A stretch of 64,000 nucleotides of DNA from Negaprion brevirostris (lineage: Eukaryota), in the NCBI GenBank assembly GCA_030324005.1, contig JARDVH010000084.1, positions 53,032,666 through 53,096,665 of the forward strand, given 5' to 3'. Below are positions 1 to 12,000 of the stretch, in pieces. Under the pieces are notes generated by a model, which had not been told where the DNA came from, made no database searches, and worked only from the letters and a program-made list of their open reading frames with translations. The translations under genes were made by a program, and so were the position numbers. The first letter of the stretch is position 1. Each line of letters opens with the position of its first letter.

Positions 1-575
1 TCCTCTGTTGTACTGCAGGTCAACACACGGCTGTTGTACTTTTTTTTGGCCTCTGTTTGCAATGAGGGTAATCAACCACCTCTTGTTCTCCATAAGCCAA
101 CCATAGACCTGTGCTGATGTCTAAATAAAATGGAGGCAGTTGCAAACACATAGTACAAAAGAATTATGGCAATAGCCAAGGTACACTGCACTTGTATTTC
201 ACACCACCTGCACATTCAGGTAGTGGAAAGGTTTTCTGTTTATGAATGTGTCAGGTTGATAACTTGATTCCCTCATGGTGACATGGGGTGCAGTCGCTAG
301 CCCCTGTACTTGAGGGAAGCTGGCTAATCCCTGATCCTTTGGGAGTTTATGTGCTCCCTACACAAGTAAAGAGGGCACCTATATCTGCCTTGATGCGCCT
401 GTGTGTGTAGCTGATTGTGAGATGCCACAGAGATCTCCAGCTGGGCACTGGAAGAGCCAGCAGCATAAAACTTCAGAGCATTTGTGATCTTAAGTGCCAG
501 TGGGTGGGCAAGTGAATCGGCACACTGTGGTACCAGACCTTTTGGCTGCAAGGTATATGTCTCAGTCACCAATTC
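1..575 (-). mobile_element. Decayed PIF/Harbinger (HARBI1-like) transposase, copy 1
   Basis: Frameshifted translation LALKITNALKFYAAGS ... ASFPQVQGLATAPHV ... FINRKPFHYLNVQVV ... GWL ... QTEAKKKYN follows the HARBI1-type motif order. Confidence 0.85.
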
Positions 576-854
576 CCAGGTTAACCTGAGCTGCCTTTGG
601 TATTCAGTTAGTCATATCCAGATATAACCTCACCAAAAAGGTACTTGACCCCCTCCAAAAGGGTACCCAACCTCTCCAGAGAGCTCCACTAGTTAACACT
701 TTTCGCTCAAAGTTGTAACTCCCATGAAATCTTGGTGAAGAAAATTGCTTCTGATTGAAAGCAGTTGCACTTCTAAACTTTGAAACATCCATGCTGATGA
801 GTTCTGTCCCAAATGGTCAGGCAGGTAAGTTGCACATGTGTGGGGAGCATGCTG

Positions 855-1696
855 CAGTCATCAGCCATGTCATCGGCTGATAGTTCTTGTCGTCCAGTGG
901 CCATTCTGCTGTTATTTTTTGTGCTGGATCAAATGCAGTAGGCACAGCGATTGCTGCAGAGCAAAGGCTTCATCACTACAGTCATTACAGCAGACATTAA
1001 CCTGAATAATTCTCTGCCTATGACCAGACTCCAGTGAATGTTAAGAGAATGGCGTGCTCTTCGATTCTGGTGAAGGCAGAATTCATGTGCAGTGCTCACA
1101 AAATGAACAGTCTGCATTCAATGACACCTTGCACCAAGGGGAGCCTTGGCCTCACTTTTTCTACTTTCCTCTGGCAAGAGAGAATTAAATCTAATTAGCT
1201 CTCAGTAGTAGTCAAAGCATAGTGACTTTCCTTAAACACCAGTGGATGACAAATAGCAGCATGCTGAAAATATTTCCAGCTGCAGTCTAGAAAGGCATAG
1301 AAGTTCATTGTCATAATTACTTTCACCGCTACTGGCAGTCTATGCCTTTAGTGAGGTTGCAGTTGTGTCTGCATCAGGTGGCAGATTTAGGTGAGGACAT
1401 CCTAATGGAAGTGCGTCTTCATTGTTTGTCACTGAGGGTCAGGAAGGGAAATTGCTCCCTGAACATTTTTGCCCCTCTCGTTTCCTCAAACCAGCATTGC
1501 ATGCTAATTGACATCATGACCTGTCTATTTTGCATACTTCTGGTGGTTTTAATGCAGGTGCGCTAATGCCCTCATCAACATTGTGTTTAGTGTGGCTCAG
1601 ATGCCAATATACCACTGCAAATCTCTAAAGTGTCTACTGTGCAAACAACAGCTCAACACAGGTGCAATACACGGAGTGTCTAGAATAAATTCCACC
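855..1696 (-). mobile_element. Decayed PIF/Harbinger transposase, copy 2, with probable element terminus near 1696
   Basis: LPVAVKVIMTMNFYA ... LPLVQGVIEC ... NRRARHSLNIH ... WPLDDKNYQPMTWLMT (compare WLLGDKGYPLxxWLMTP). Confidence 0.85.
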
Positions 1697-2320
1697 AACC
1701 CCCTTCCCCCACCCAATCCACATACCCTGCCTTTTGGAGCAAAAGGGATTTAAAAATTTTTTTTATAGGAACAAAATGATACAGTGTACCTTTGGCTGGC
1801 GGAAAGGGACTTCATTTGAGGTTCGAGCGTAGGATGCGTCAGGCCTCTTGATTCTAACTTGCCATTGCTCCCAAAATCCTCAACAGTCATTTCAATGTCA
1901 GCTCACTGAGTAGTGTAGCTCCTGCAGCCTCCAATCTAATCTGTCCTAATCTTAGTCACAGCTCAGTATACATTATAAGTACTGAAAATGGTGGTGAAGA
2001 CAGCTAAGATTACTAGTCACATTTCAGCCACTGCAGAGAAGGACATCTTCAATAAAACAACATAAGATGAAGATAAACTGTTAGGTGGTGGGATGAAGGC
2101 TGTGGAAATTATTGAAAGAAACCCTTAGCAGGGAAAACAATAAAGAGAGAGAACTGAATGGATATTAGTGCTCAAAGCCTTTAAAGGGAAAGGGAGCCAG
2201 ATGGTGTAAGGTGGGTAGGAGTTGTTGAGATAGTGTTGGTTACAGAACCTGTCTGTTAAAGAAATCTTCCTAGCCTTCAGCAAGTTAACTCCCAAAATTC
2301 TTTTTAACCACTTATAACTA

Positions 2321-4506
2321 TGTAATAAAGGGCACAGGCAATGAGCTATCTCAATGTTTAGGTATTAACGTGTCACTGCTCAACACTACATTGACCCTTG
2401 GTCTGAATCGTGTGCCTTCTTACATAATTTTATTGGTGATACCGTACTCAGACCCACATTAACCTTGTTCTTGCCAGACCCCCTCTCCACCCACTGCCCC
2501 CAGGGTTTGTCCCATTAGATATAGGGTTACACTAGTTTATTTCATGTCTTGCATTGTTATGAGTCCTAATGCTATGCTACTATTATTGCTATTACAGCAT
2601 TAACAACAATCTCACTACCCAATCTCCCCCCTTCAAGTCCTTGAAGTTAGAGATTCAGTCTGGAGGTCTTATAACCTTTTCATATCTCATTTGCTGTTCT
2701 GTTGGGAGAGTGGCAGACTCTGGAGATTCGATTTCTTACTGTTAGATCTGAGGTTGGACTGGCATTTAGGTCTGCTTTTATTTTTTATTTCCATTGCTTT
2801 ATGTTGAACCATGCCTGGTCAGTTTAGCTGTTGCATTGATCCATAGTTGCTGTTATTCTCAATCATTTATCGCAGGGTGTAGAGACTTGGTGTTGTCACC
2901 TTGGCATTGTTTTTTTCTTCTTTCACCATGTGGGTCTTCTCAAAGCCTTCTGAGGTTGAGGAAGAGTGTTCCTGTGGTGAGAAGAAGGCACCTTGGTGCA
3001 TCACCTCTGTGTTTTGTTGTCAATGGTGAGAGACTGGTGCCCAGTTCCAGTATCCCTTTTGACTGTGGCATACTGTGGAAGTTGTAGCGAATGCACAGTG
3101 GTTGTTATGTCAACCATTTGTACTATTGTTGTAGTTGGAGATAGGATTTTCTTAGACTGCTAACTATTCTCTGGTTCTGCTTTCACTGAAGGTATCATGA
3201 TAATCTCATGGATGATAGTTTGGTCTGACCAGTGGGGACTTTCCAGGACCTGGAATGATAATGAAAAAAACTTGCTCAGCAAAGAGAGGAGAGCGATCGA
3301 TATGAAATCCGAGTCTTTAGTGTTTGAAGACTCATGCTGCTCTGGCTGTCTAACAATAGTGGTAGTTTTGATATTCTCTACCACTTGAAGGAAATCCAAG
3401 GCTATACAGGCATTCCTGAGAGAAAGGCTGGTTATGGATGACATCCATCAGCTTAAAGATCTGTTTGCTGCTTTACCTCAGAGGTCCTAGGCATTTGTCA
3501 CAATGTTCACTAGGGACATCTGATGCTTAAAATTCATTGATTTTTAAGTGAAGATCTAGCTTTGTTTCTACAAGTTAATAATTTAAGTGTTTTGGGTCCT
3601 CTTTTTTAAGTGTTGTATTTCCTGTGAGCAGCATGCCAGTTTTCTCATCAGCTGTTGCTTTTCCTTAATGAATTCAGCTTTGGTATGTGAAAGCTGATTT
3701 TCTACACTGGTTAGCCGTTCCTTGACAGAGTATAATTTCTCCATGCTAATCTTCAAGCTCACATTCTGTAATTGCATGTCTGTCAATTATTTTTGAAACA
3801 TCTTACACCTCCTTTTGTTTGCCATTCCATGTTTTGGATGTTTATCTCTTTGTATACCTACTTGGGAAAGTAATGTTTTTCTAAAGTTTCTTCCAAATGT
3901 GCAACTGTTTCTTTCAGTGCCGTGGTCTCATTATTGTACTCGTCAGCTTCCTCCAGAGTACTGAAGATTCTTGTACCTTCTCTGAAAACTGGCTTCTCAG
4001 CTCTTTCGAAGTTTGTATTAAATTTATTTTATCCCACTTCAAAATGTGCCAGAGGACAAACTCTGACCTGAGAGATCCTTGCAGTGCGTGAAGGTCTGTT
4101 GTTCTACTATTCCATTGCTTAAGGTAGTCTTTATTTCTTCATGCCGCTGAAGGGTTATACACTGTGCTTGAACTCAATTTTGAAGAACAATTAGCTGTTC
4201 TTTCAACTGTTTATTTTCTTGTTTAACTCTCGATTTCTGACTCTGCATTTCAATGTATTTCTTTGTCACTACTGATAGCTCCAATGCAGCTTTTTCTGTA
4301 GTAGCATTCAACATCTGTTAAAAATAGTTTTAAATATATGCATACACAATGTAAGGGTTACAGAAAAGGTGCTATCTCTATGTTTAGGTCTTAAGACTTC
4401 ACTGCTCAGCACCACACTGACGACAAGTCTGGTCATGTGTCTTCTTACATCACTGTGTGAACAGTACAATACTCAGTCCCACATTAACCCTGCGTCTGCC
4501 TTAACA
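2321..4506 (-). mobile_element. Non-autonomous Gypsy-type LTR element; LTRs ~2321-2478 and ~4350-4506
   Basis: Diverged direct repeats starting TGTAA with shared blocks gctatctc.atgtttaggt, tcactgctca, cttcttacat, tactcag.cccacattaacc. Purine tracts on the minus strand at 2479-2501 and 2623-2634; pol-tail motif VIRPPD near 2660. Confidence 0.75.
3583..4314 (-). pseudogene. Decayed UACA-like coiled-coil fragment carried inside the LTR element
   Basis: MLNATTEKAALELSVVTKKYIEMQ...VLQN*VQAQCITLQRHEE and DLHALQGSLRSEF...TSKELRSQFSEKVQESSV...EEADEYNNETTALKETV align by eye to the recalled UACA coiled coil; stops and frameshifts present. Confidence 0.7.
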
Positions 4507-4527
4507 TGACGCTTTAGTTTAGGAAGG

Positions 4528-4940
4528 TCAGCTTCCCCTCAAGAATGAGGGGAGGTCTTATAGAATCAAATAAGATTATGAAGGGAATAGATAAGATAGA
4601 AGCAGGGAAGTTGTTTCCACTGACGGGTGAAACTAGAACTGGGGGGCATAGCCTCACAATAAGAGAGAGCAGATTTAGGACTGAGTTGAGGAGGAACTTC
4701 TTCCCACAAAGGGTTGTGAATCTGTGGAATTCCCTGCCCAGTGAAGCAGTTGAGGTTCCTCATTGAATGTTTTTAAGGTAAGGATAGATATATTTTTGAA
4801 CAGTAAAGGAATTAAGGGTTATGGTGAGCAGGTGCGTAAGTGGAGCCGAGTCCATAAAAAGATCAGTCATGATCTTATTGAATGGCAGAACAGACTCGAG
4901 GGGCCAGCTGGTTGACTCCTGCTCCTAGTTCTTATGTTAT
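4528..4940 (+). mobile_element. CR1/HER1 LINE 3' fragment with 16-bp TSD
   Basis: ORF2 C-terminus TRTGGHSL...FFPQRVVNLWNSLP; ttcttatg tail; ctttagtttaggaagg at 4512-4527 and 4941-4956. Confidence 0.92.
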
Positions 4941-5989
4941 CTTTAGTTTAGGAAGGATAGATTGAAACTTACCAGCCAAATAGTTGTAGGGGCAGTTAGC
5001 AGGAAACACCATCCATTGGGATGGAGATTTGGCAAAAGACTTCAGCTTTACAGTATTCAAAATCAAACAAAACAACAAGAACTTTACAAGGAAAGAGGGA
5101 TGGCCAGGCTTCAAAGATACAGTACCACCATAGTATGAAAGGATTTTATATTGAATCTGAAAATGATTTATTTCATCCCAAAACTTAACCCAAAGTAAAA
5201 CAATTTATGCAGTTATGAAGAATAGGTTGGCTAAGGTGGATTGGGAAACTAAAAAAAAGATGTTAAACAATCAATGATGAGTAATTAAAGAAATGTTAAA
5301 TAATTTGCAACAAATATAGATTCTTTTAAGACACAATAAACCACATTTAAAATGTTATTCCTGTGTGCACCACATTTTTATTTGTATCAACTTTCTGACA
5401 ATTAATATCCCATGCTCACAGTTTTGATAAAAAGCCCCTATATAAATTGACTTGTCTGTTTGTGATTACAGTGTTGTATTCAATTCAGTGGTAGATCCAG
5501 AGTTATAGATGAAAAAATAGATGACTTAAGCACTGGTTCAATACACAGGGACATTGGGCAATGCATCATATGACCTGGATATTCTGTATCAGGGCTGAAA
5601 ATATGCCCTTTAGAATCATTTGGAAATGTCCAAAAAATCTGCAAGAAGACCATTTAATCTCATAGACATGGAGAAGTCTTTTGCTGATGGGAAGTCAGCA
5701 TTCAAAGACTTGTAATAAAGCAGAAACAGTTGAAGGATTTCGTCATATTTTAAACAATGTAGGAATGTCTCAGAACTAATCTTGAACAGAGTGAGATTTA
5801 CTCACTGTAGCTCTGACTGATTTAAAATTGACCCAAACTATTAAGAGAAGTGCTTTTAACCAAAATAAATCCATGTCCATTTACAATAGCTTTCCTTCAT
5901 GATGGGAAAAACCACTTTTTTTTAATGGCGGTCATGAATGTTTTAGTGTATAAATTACTCGTTAAGTAAATGCAATAACACAGACTTAC

Positions 5990-6071
5990 TCTGCAGAGTC
6001 AGGGTCACACTGCGCTCAACCACACCAGCATCATTCGTAGCAATACACTTATAATTCCCTGCATCTTCATT
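5990..6071 (-). CDS. HMCN1: HMCN1 exon Y (82 nt) NEDAGNYKCIATNDAGVVERSVTLTLQ
   Basis: tctag acceptor, gtaag donor; not in the ORF track. Confidence 0.95.
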
Positions 6072-9000
6072 CTAGAGATGGAACAGAACATTACAAAGCA
6101 GGGTGAATCCAAATTTATGCATTTTGAATGTACATTCAGGGCTGCTACTTTTCAAACACAAACACTTCCTTCTAAATCTTAATCCGAATCTAACAGCACT
6201 GATACCAGGCACAACAGATTAACTATGCTATAAAGAATAATTTATTGCCAATTAACAAAGTTATTTTCTGGATAAACAAACTCTTGGGGCAATATGTTCT
6301 GACTGAATGGTATCTATGAATAGTGCAATATCAAACCTGCCTTGTCAGCATATCACAATGGAATTTGGCACCTGTGGACAGGGAAGGAATAACTGCAACA
6401 ATGAATTTAACAACAATAATGGCAATATCGATTTTATAGAACAATTCTGGCAGAATTAAACATGCTGGGATTTTCAGTCAAAAACAGATACAGGTTGTGA
6501 AGTTGCTGTTGCTATGGTCTGAGTTGTGAGCTGTGGCCTGACACTTCCTGTGTTGACCATGGAAAATTGTTTACTTTGAGTTAGACCTGATGGTGCCGTT
6601 GGGGAATAAAGCTATGTGTCTTACATGCAGGCTTGAGTGAGTATTATGGAGTCATTTGCAAGTAATTCCATTGGCCTGGTTGAGCAATGTGATCAGTTTC
6701 CGGTTACACCATTGGCTGGGTGTCACAGAATGTTCTGGAAGGTTAGGACAGTATGGGGATAAAGGCACATGTTCAGCCTTGTGTTTCCAGCAATAACTCA
6801 GAGATCAGCCATTGCAAGAGTTTCCTGAAGAACATCTTCAGCGAAAGACCATGAGCACAGAATTTATATTGGGAATGGACCTGGCCATTTTGTCCTAAAC
6901 CGGGTAGTATCTATTTTTAGTTAAAAAATTAGAGTTAATGTTTAGTTAAGAGTTAAAGTTCAGTAAAAAAGCTAAAAGTGCTGCAACTGTTGTAAATTTG
7001 AGTTTGTTATCTAAAGTTAAATAAAGGGAAGATTGTTAAAAGAATTTGAGTTGACTCCTGTCCTTGTTTTTCACACTTTGGTGGAAGGCTTGGAAAGAAT
7101 TTAAATTGGTAGCCAAATAATACAGTAAAATATTGTGCTTACAATTTTAAGCAAAGGGTTTCATTCTGGTGGGTTAATTTCCGAAGTTACATTAATACAT
7201 GCAACATCCTGTTTACAGTCAGTATCATGAAATCGTGCATGATTATTAGTTTTAAGATTGTCATGATATTAACTATTTGATACTGACTAAACAATCAATT
7301 CTATATCCACCTTTCCAATATCTGTTGACTGACTTACCACTGTACCATAGATGGCTAGCGAGCCATTGTGGAGCTGGCGAATCCTGTTGGTGATCTGGAT
7401 ATGGATTCCCTTTTTACTCCACTGGATTGTGGGAGGTGGATCACCACGGACCTCACAGTTGAGGATAGCATTGCCTCCAAGAGGCTCAATGCGATTTGGA
7501 TTGAAATCACCGTCAAAGATTGGCGGCTCTGCGGTGTTAACAGACAATGTTTAATTTTCAACAAAACCAATGATGGAATTAATTACTGAATGACAGACCA
7601 TGAAATGAAAGCACCATACGCAGAACTGTTAAATAAATTATCTGAGCCATGGTAATTTTCTGTACACTTTTCCTTGAAAATATAATTTTACCAACTTTGC
7701 AGGTTTTTAAGGAGCTTGCTGGAAATCCAGGGCTGCTGTTTACAATTTGCTAACTAATAATTTAAATGGACAGGTTACCAATTTGTGTTTGCAATGCACG
7801 AGGAAGTGTGGAGTTGGAAATGTACCCCTAAAATGTATATGTATGAAATTATTGTCAAAGTAATGCTGAGAATGCCAGTAAAACTTCCCTGACAACTCAA
7901 TTGGCCTTTCTGCACCCATTAAAAATGCTTTCATATTTATACAAGAACTAATGAAAATTCCACCATGTGACCCCTTTTAACTTTGTTGCATTAATTGTAC
8001 TGAGAAAGCGAAAGAAATAATAGTATCAGGTATAATGAATTAATGACTTCGACACATCATTGTATTCCTCAAAGCACAGTTCCATATTTGCTTTTTAATT
8101 CTGTAACAGCTATTACCAGATAAACTAGATGAACTAGCTTTTTCTTCTTACATCATTATGAAAACAGCCATTCTATTGTTTTACAGGCAACGCCCACATC
8201 AGGGATGGAAAGAAAAAGAGCATTCACATGATTCATAAAATTGCTTATCCATCTTGGCAGGCACCCAGTGACTCAGATGGACTAATTTTGATGTGTACCT
8301 GAAACTTTAAACTCTTTATAGATGCTCGTACCTTACTGCTGTATAACCTCAGCATTTTCTGTGGACATTTCAATATTTAAGAGGGCTTGGTCAGAAATTC
8401 CAATTCTGGAAATGTAGTTAAAACAAACTTCACTCGTGTGAATAGTACTTAAAAGGCCAACATGTGCAACAAAACAAAGGAATTTGCAGGTCTTCCTCAA
8501 TTCACCTTTGACATATACAGATCCAATGGCCTTGATGGATCCCACTTTATTTTCTGCTGTGCAAACGTATGTGCCCGAGTCATCCTTTGATACTTTTTCA
8601 ATGACCAATTTGCTGTGTCCATTGATATTATCATACTGGGCTGTAGGAATAAAATATGTGTTTATTTGTGAGAATGAAATTATCAGATCCGTTTCTCGAT
8701 TTCTGAATTAATGATTTCAATATTTATTACTCAATACATTTTCAGATTTGCTTTTTCATTCTGTAAAAATGGTAAATTAGTGATGGATTTATTTTAATTA
8801 TTGTATCTTCACAGAATCGTAACATCTTACTGTGGAGGAAGGTTGTCTAGTCCTGTGCTGGTTCTTTGAATAAGCAGTGGTGCTTGGTCCCACACCTCAG
8901 ATTTTTATCTGTGACCTTGTAAATTCCTCATCTTTTAAGTGCCTGTCTAATTCTCTTTTAAAATTATCTGCGGAATCAACTTCCACTGAAAAAGAAGCCT

Positions 9001-12000
9001 CTTCTCCTCTCTAGGTCTTTTGTTGATGACCTAAATTGCTGATTACTGACCCACTCATCAGCAAAAATAATTTTTCTCCATTTGTTCTATCAAAACTCGT
9101 CATCTTGAAACTTCTCTGTTCCAACTTCTTTTCATAACTGGAATCCCTAATCCCAGGCATCTTCCTGGGGAACATCCTCTGTACCCTTTCTAAGGATTAC
9201 ATTCTTCTTGAAGTGTGATACCCAGGGTTGTCCAGTTGAGGCCTAACCATTTTGTAACTCATTTTTCCCTCTCTACCCAATTTTCTCTCCTCTTCTGCTA
9301 AAGATAGTGACTCATGCTTGAGCTTTCTTCCACAGGTGCCAGAGAAATTCTGGTTCCTCATTTAGGTGGTCATCTTTCGTGGGTCAGCGTATACAAGAAG
9401 GGGGTCACTATTTGTTTGACCTGAAGGTTTCACAGCAGAGCCCTGTCCTGCCTTTATCTGAAATTCTTAACGCAGATTACAGGAGTAGTCCTCAGTGCAA
9501 AGAAATGTTTGCTTGTATACATCCAATGTCTGAGAAAGAGGGAAACCTAACAGGAAAGTTGAGATGAGTGGGTGGCTGGCTGGCTGGAAAAAATATTTAA
9601 TAGTTTAACAAAAACTTGTCCAGAGAAAGTGAATAGGGACAAAGAGTAATTTTAAATGCTGTTTTTGGCAGGACAAAGAAGCACATGAACAAACCACAAA
9701 ATGGTAAATTTTAGAAAAGTGATCAACAATTGGAATTAGTTGCTAGAGAAAAAATACCATGGAGGCAAAATCCCCAGGAATCATTTAAAAACAATTGACT
9801 GCTGATTTGGGGAAATGCAAAGCTTTTTTGTATGGATTAGTGCTACATCTAAAGCATATTTATTCTCACCAGGTATAATGTTGTTATTGAACGTCCAAGT
9901 GATCTTGGGTGTGGGAATACCTCTCGCTGCACAGCTCAATGCAAGGTGTTCCCCTTTGTTTAAGGATATATCTCCAGGCAGTTCTGTAAAAGCTGGGTGG
10001 ATGTAGACAGTCAGGCTGAAGGTCTTGGAGTCTCGACCAGCCACGTTGGTAGCTGTACATGTGTAACTACCAGTGTCATCAGGCTGATGGGAATAAGAGA
10101 AAATTACAATCATGTTTTTGGCACAAATAGAAAATCCTGGTTTCGCCTTATTTTTGCTCCACTGTTGTCTCTTTCAGGCAAGAAAATGAGATGATCTGAG
10201 CTACTGATATTTCCACTGTCAGTGCGAGTTGATGATCAGCAGAACTGGAGACCTACTGTTTATTTCAGGTGGAACTCTGGTAAAATCTGATGTGTTATAT
10301 AGTGTATTATTGTTAACACATTATGCAATATAGACTTGGTATTGTATCATTGAAAAAATCCCAAGAACTGTTACTGTTGAAGGAATCGAAGGGTTACAGA
10401 GAGGGTCTGGCTGTTGGGAGATACTGAGCTGATGGTGTCAATTAACTGAACTAACAAAGACAGGTGGAGCAATGAAGCTCATTAAAACACTCTGGTTTAT
10501 TTGTGGTACCTACAAATCTTTAGGCAGATTCTGGTGCTTGGCTTAGTGTTTCCTCCGGTTATCTTTCCTGATAATTATTCTAATTATTACTCACAGCCAA
10601 CAAAATGAATAATTACATCCATTGAAATATTTTTTTAAAATTTCGTGCTGTAGACCATCATGGTGAGGTTCTGACAGATTCATGCTAAACATGTCATGGA
10701 TAATGAATACTGTTAGCACAGATCAATGGCAAAGCCAGGTGGAATTATTCTTTATTCATTCATGAGATGTGGGCATCACCGTCTAGGCCAGCATTTATTG
10801 TCCGTCCCGAAGGGCACTTAATAGTCAACCACATTGCTGTGGGTCTGGAGTCATGTGTAGACCACACAAGGTAAGGATGGACGATTTCCTTCCCTAAAGG
10901 GAATTAATGAACCAGATGGAGTTTTACAACAATCAACAATGGTTTCATGGTCAATTTTTATTCCAGATTTTTACTGAATTCAAATTTCACCATCTGCCAT
11001 GGGGATTCAGACCCGAGTCCCTGGAGCGCTCAATTATCAGTCCAGTGACAGTACCACCATGCCACTGCCTCCTCATTGATAAATATTAATACATGTTGAA
11101 TATTTTCACAGTTTAATATAAAGATGAATCATAATCTTTTAAATGGGTTATATTATTATATATGAAATATTTATATTATCTTTAGATANNNNNNNNNNNN
11201 NNNNNNNNNNNNNNNNNNNNNNNNNNNNNNNNNNNNNNNNNNNNNNNNNNNNNNNNNNNNNNNNNNNNNNNNNNNNNNNNNNNNNNNNGGTTATATTATT
11301 ATATATGAAATATTTATATGAATATATACAGATACTAGAAATTCTGAGTTTGTGTTTCTTGATGCAATTTCATTTAAAATTGTGACATTTATAGGTACTG
11401 TGTAACTGGTGTAGGTTTTTTTTCTTTTACCTGATCTTGCAGCTCTACCATTATTGCTATTACACAACATCTTCAAAATTGCAAACACTTCTTTGGATTG
11501 CATCAGAAATTGAACTGAAAATAACCAATTGAGGTGAAAATTTAAATAATTATTTGCATTTATATGGTGCCTTTCATGATCACTGGACATCCCAAAGTGC
11601 TTCACAAACATTGAAATATTTCTGAAATGTAGTCATTGCTGTGAGTAGGAAAAACAGCAGCCAATTTGCACACAGCAAGTTCACAATGATTAGATAATCT
11701 ATTTATATGACACTGACTGAGGTTAAATATTGACTCAGAGTCCAGGATAAATGGCCTTGCTATTCTTTGAAGGTGATATGAGATTTTTTACACCCTCTGA
11801 CAGGACAGATGGGAGCATGCTTTAATAGCTCATTTGAAAAGAGCGTCAACCTTGATTATTATGCTCAAGTTCTAGGCTCCAGGACTTGAACACACAACTT
11901 TCTGACTCTCAGGTGAGAGTTCTACCAGCTGGGCCAAAGCTGAGATAAAGTCCTGCCCTTTACAGTCAATTACTGTCCTGTTAACTTTAAATAAAATATC

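Noticed and set aside
1-5989. Absence of the next HMCN1 exon (SPPIITLEP-like) as a sign of truncation
   Set aside because: Exon Y ends in a normal donor and other introns here are 5-6 kb, so the next exon is most likely outside the window.
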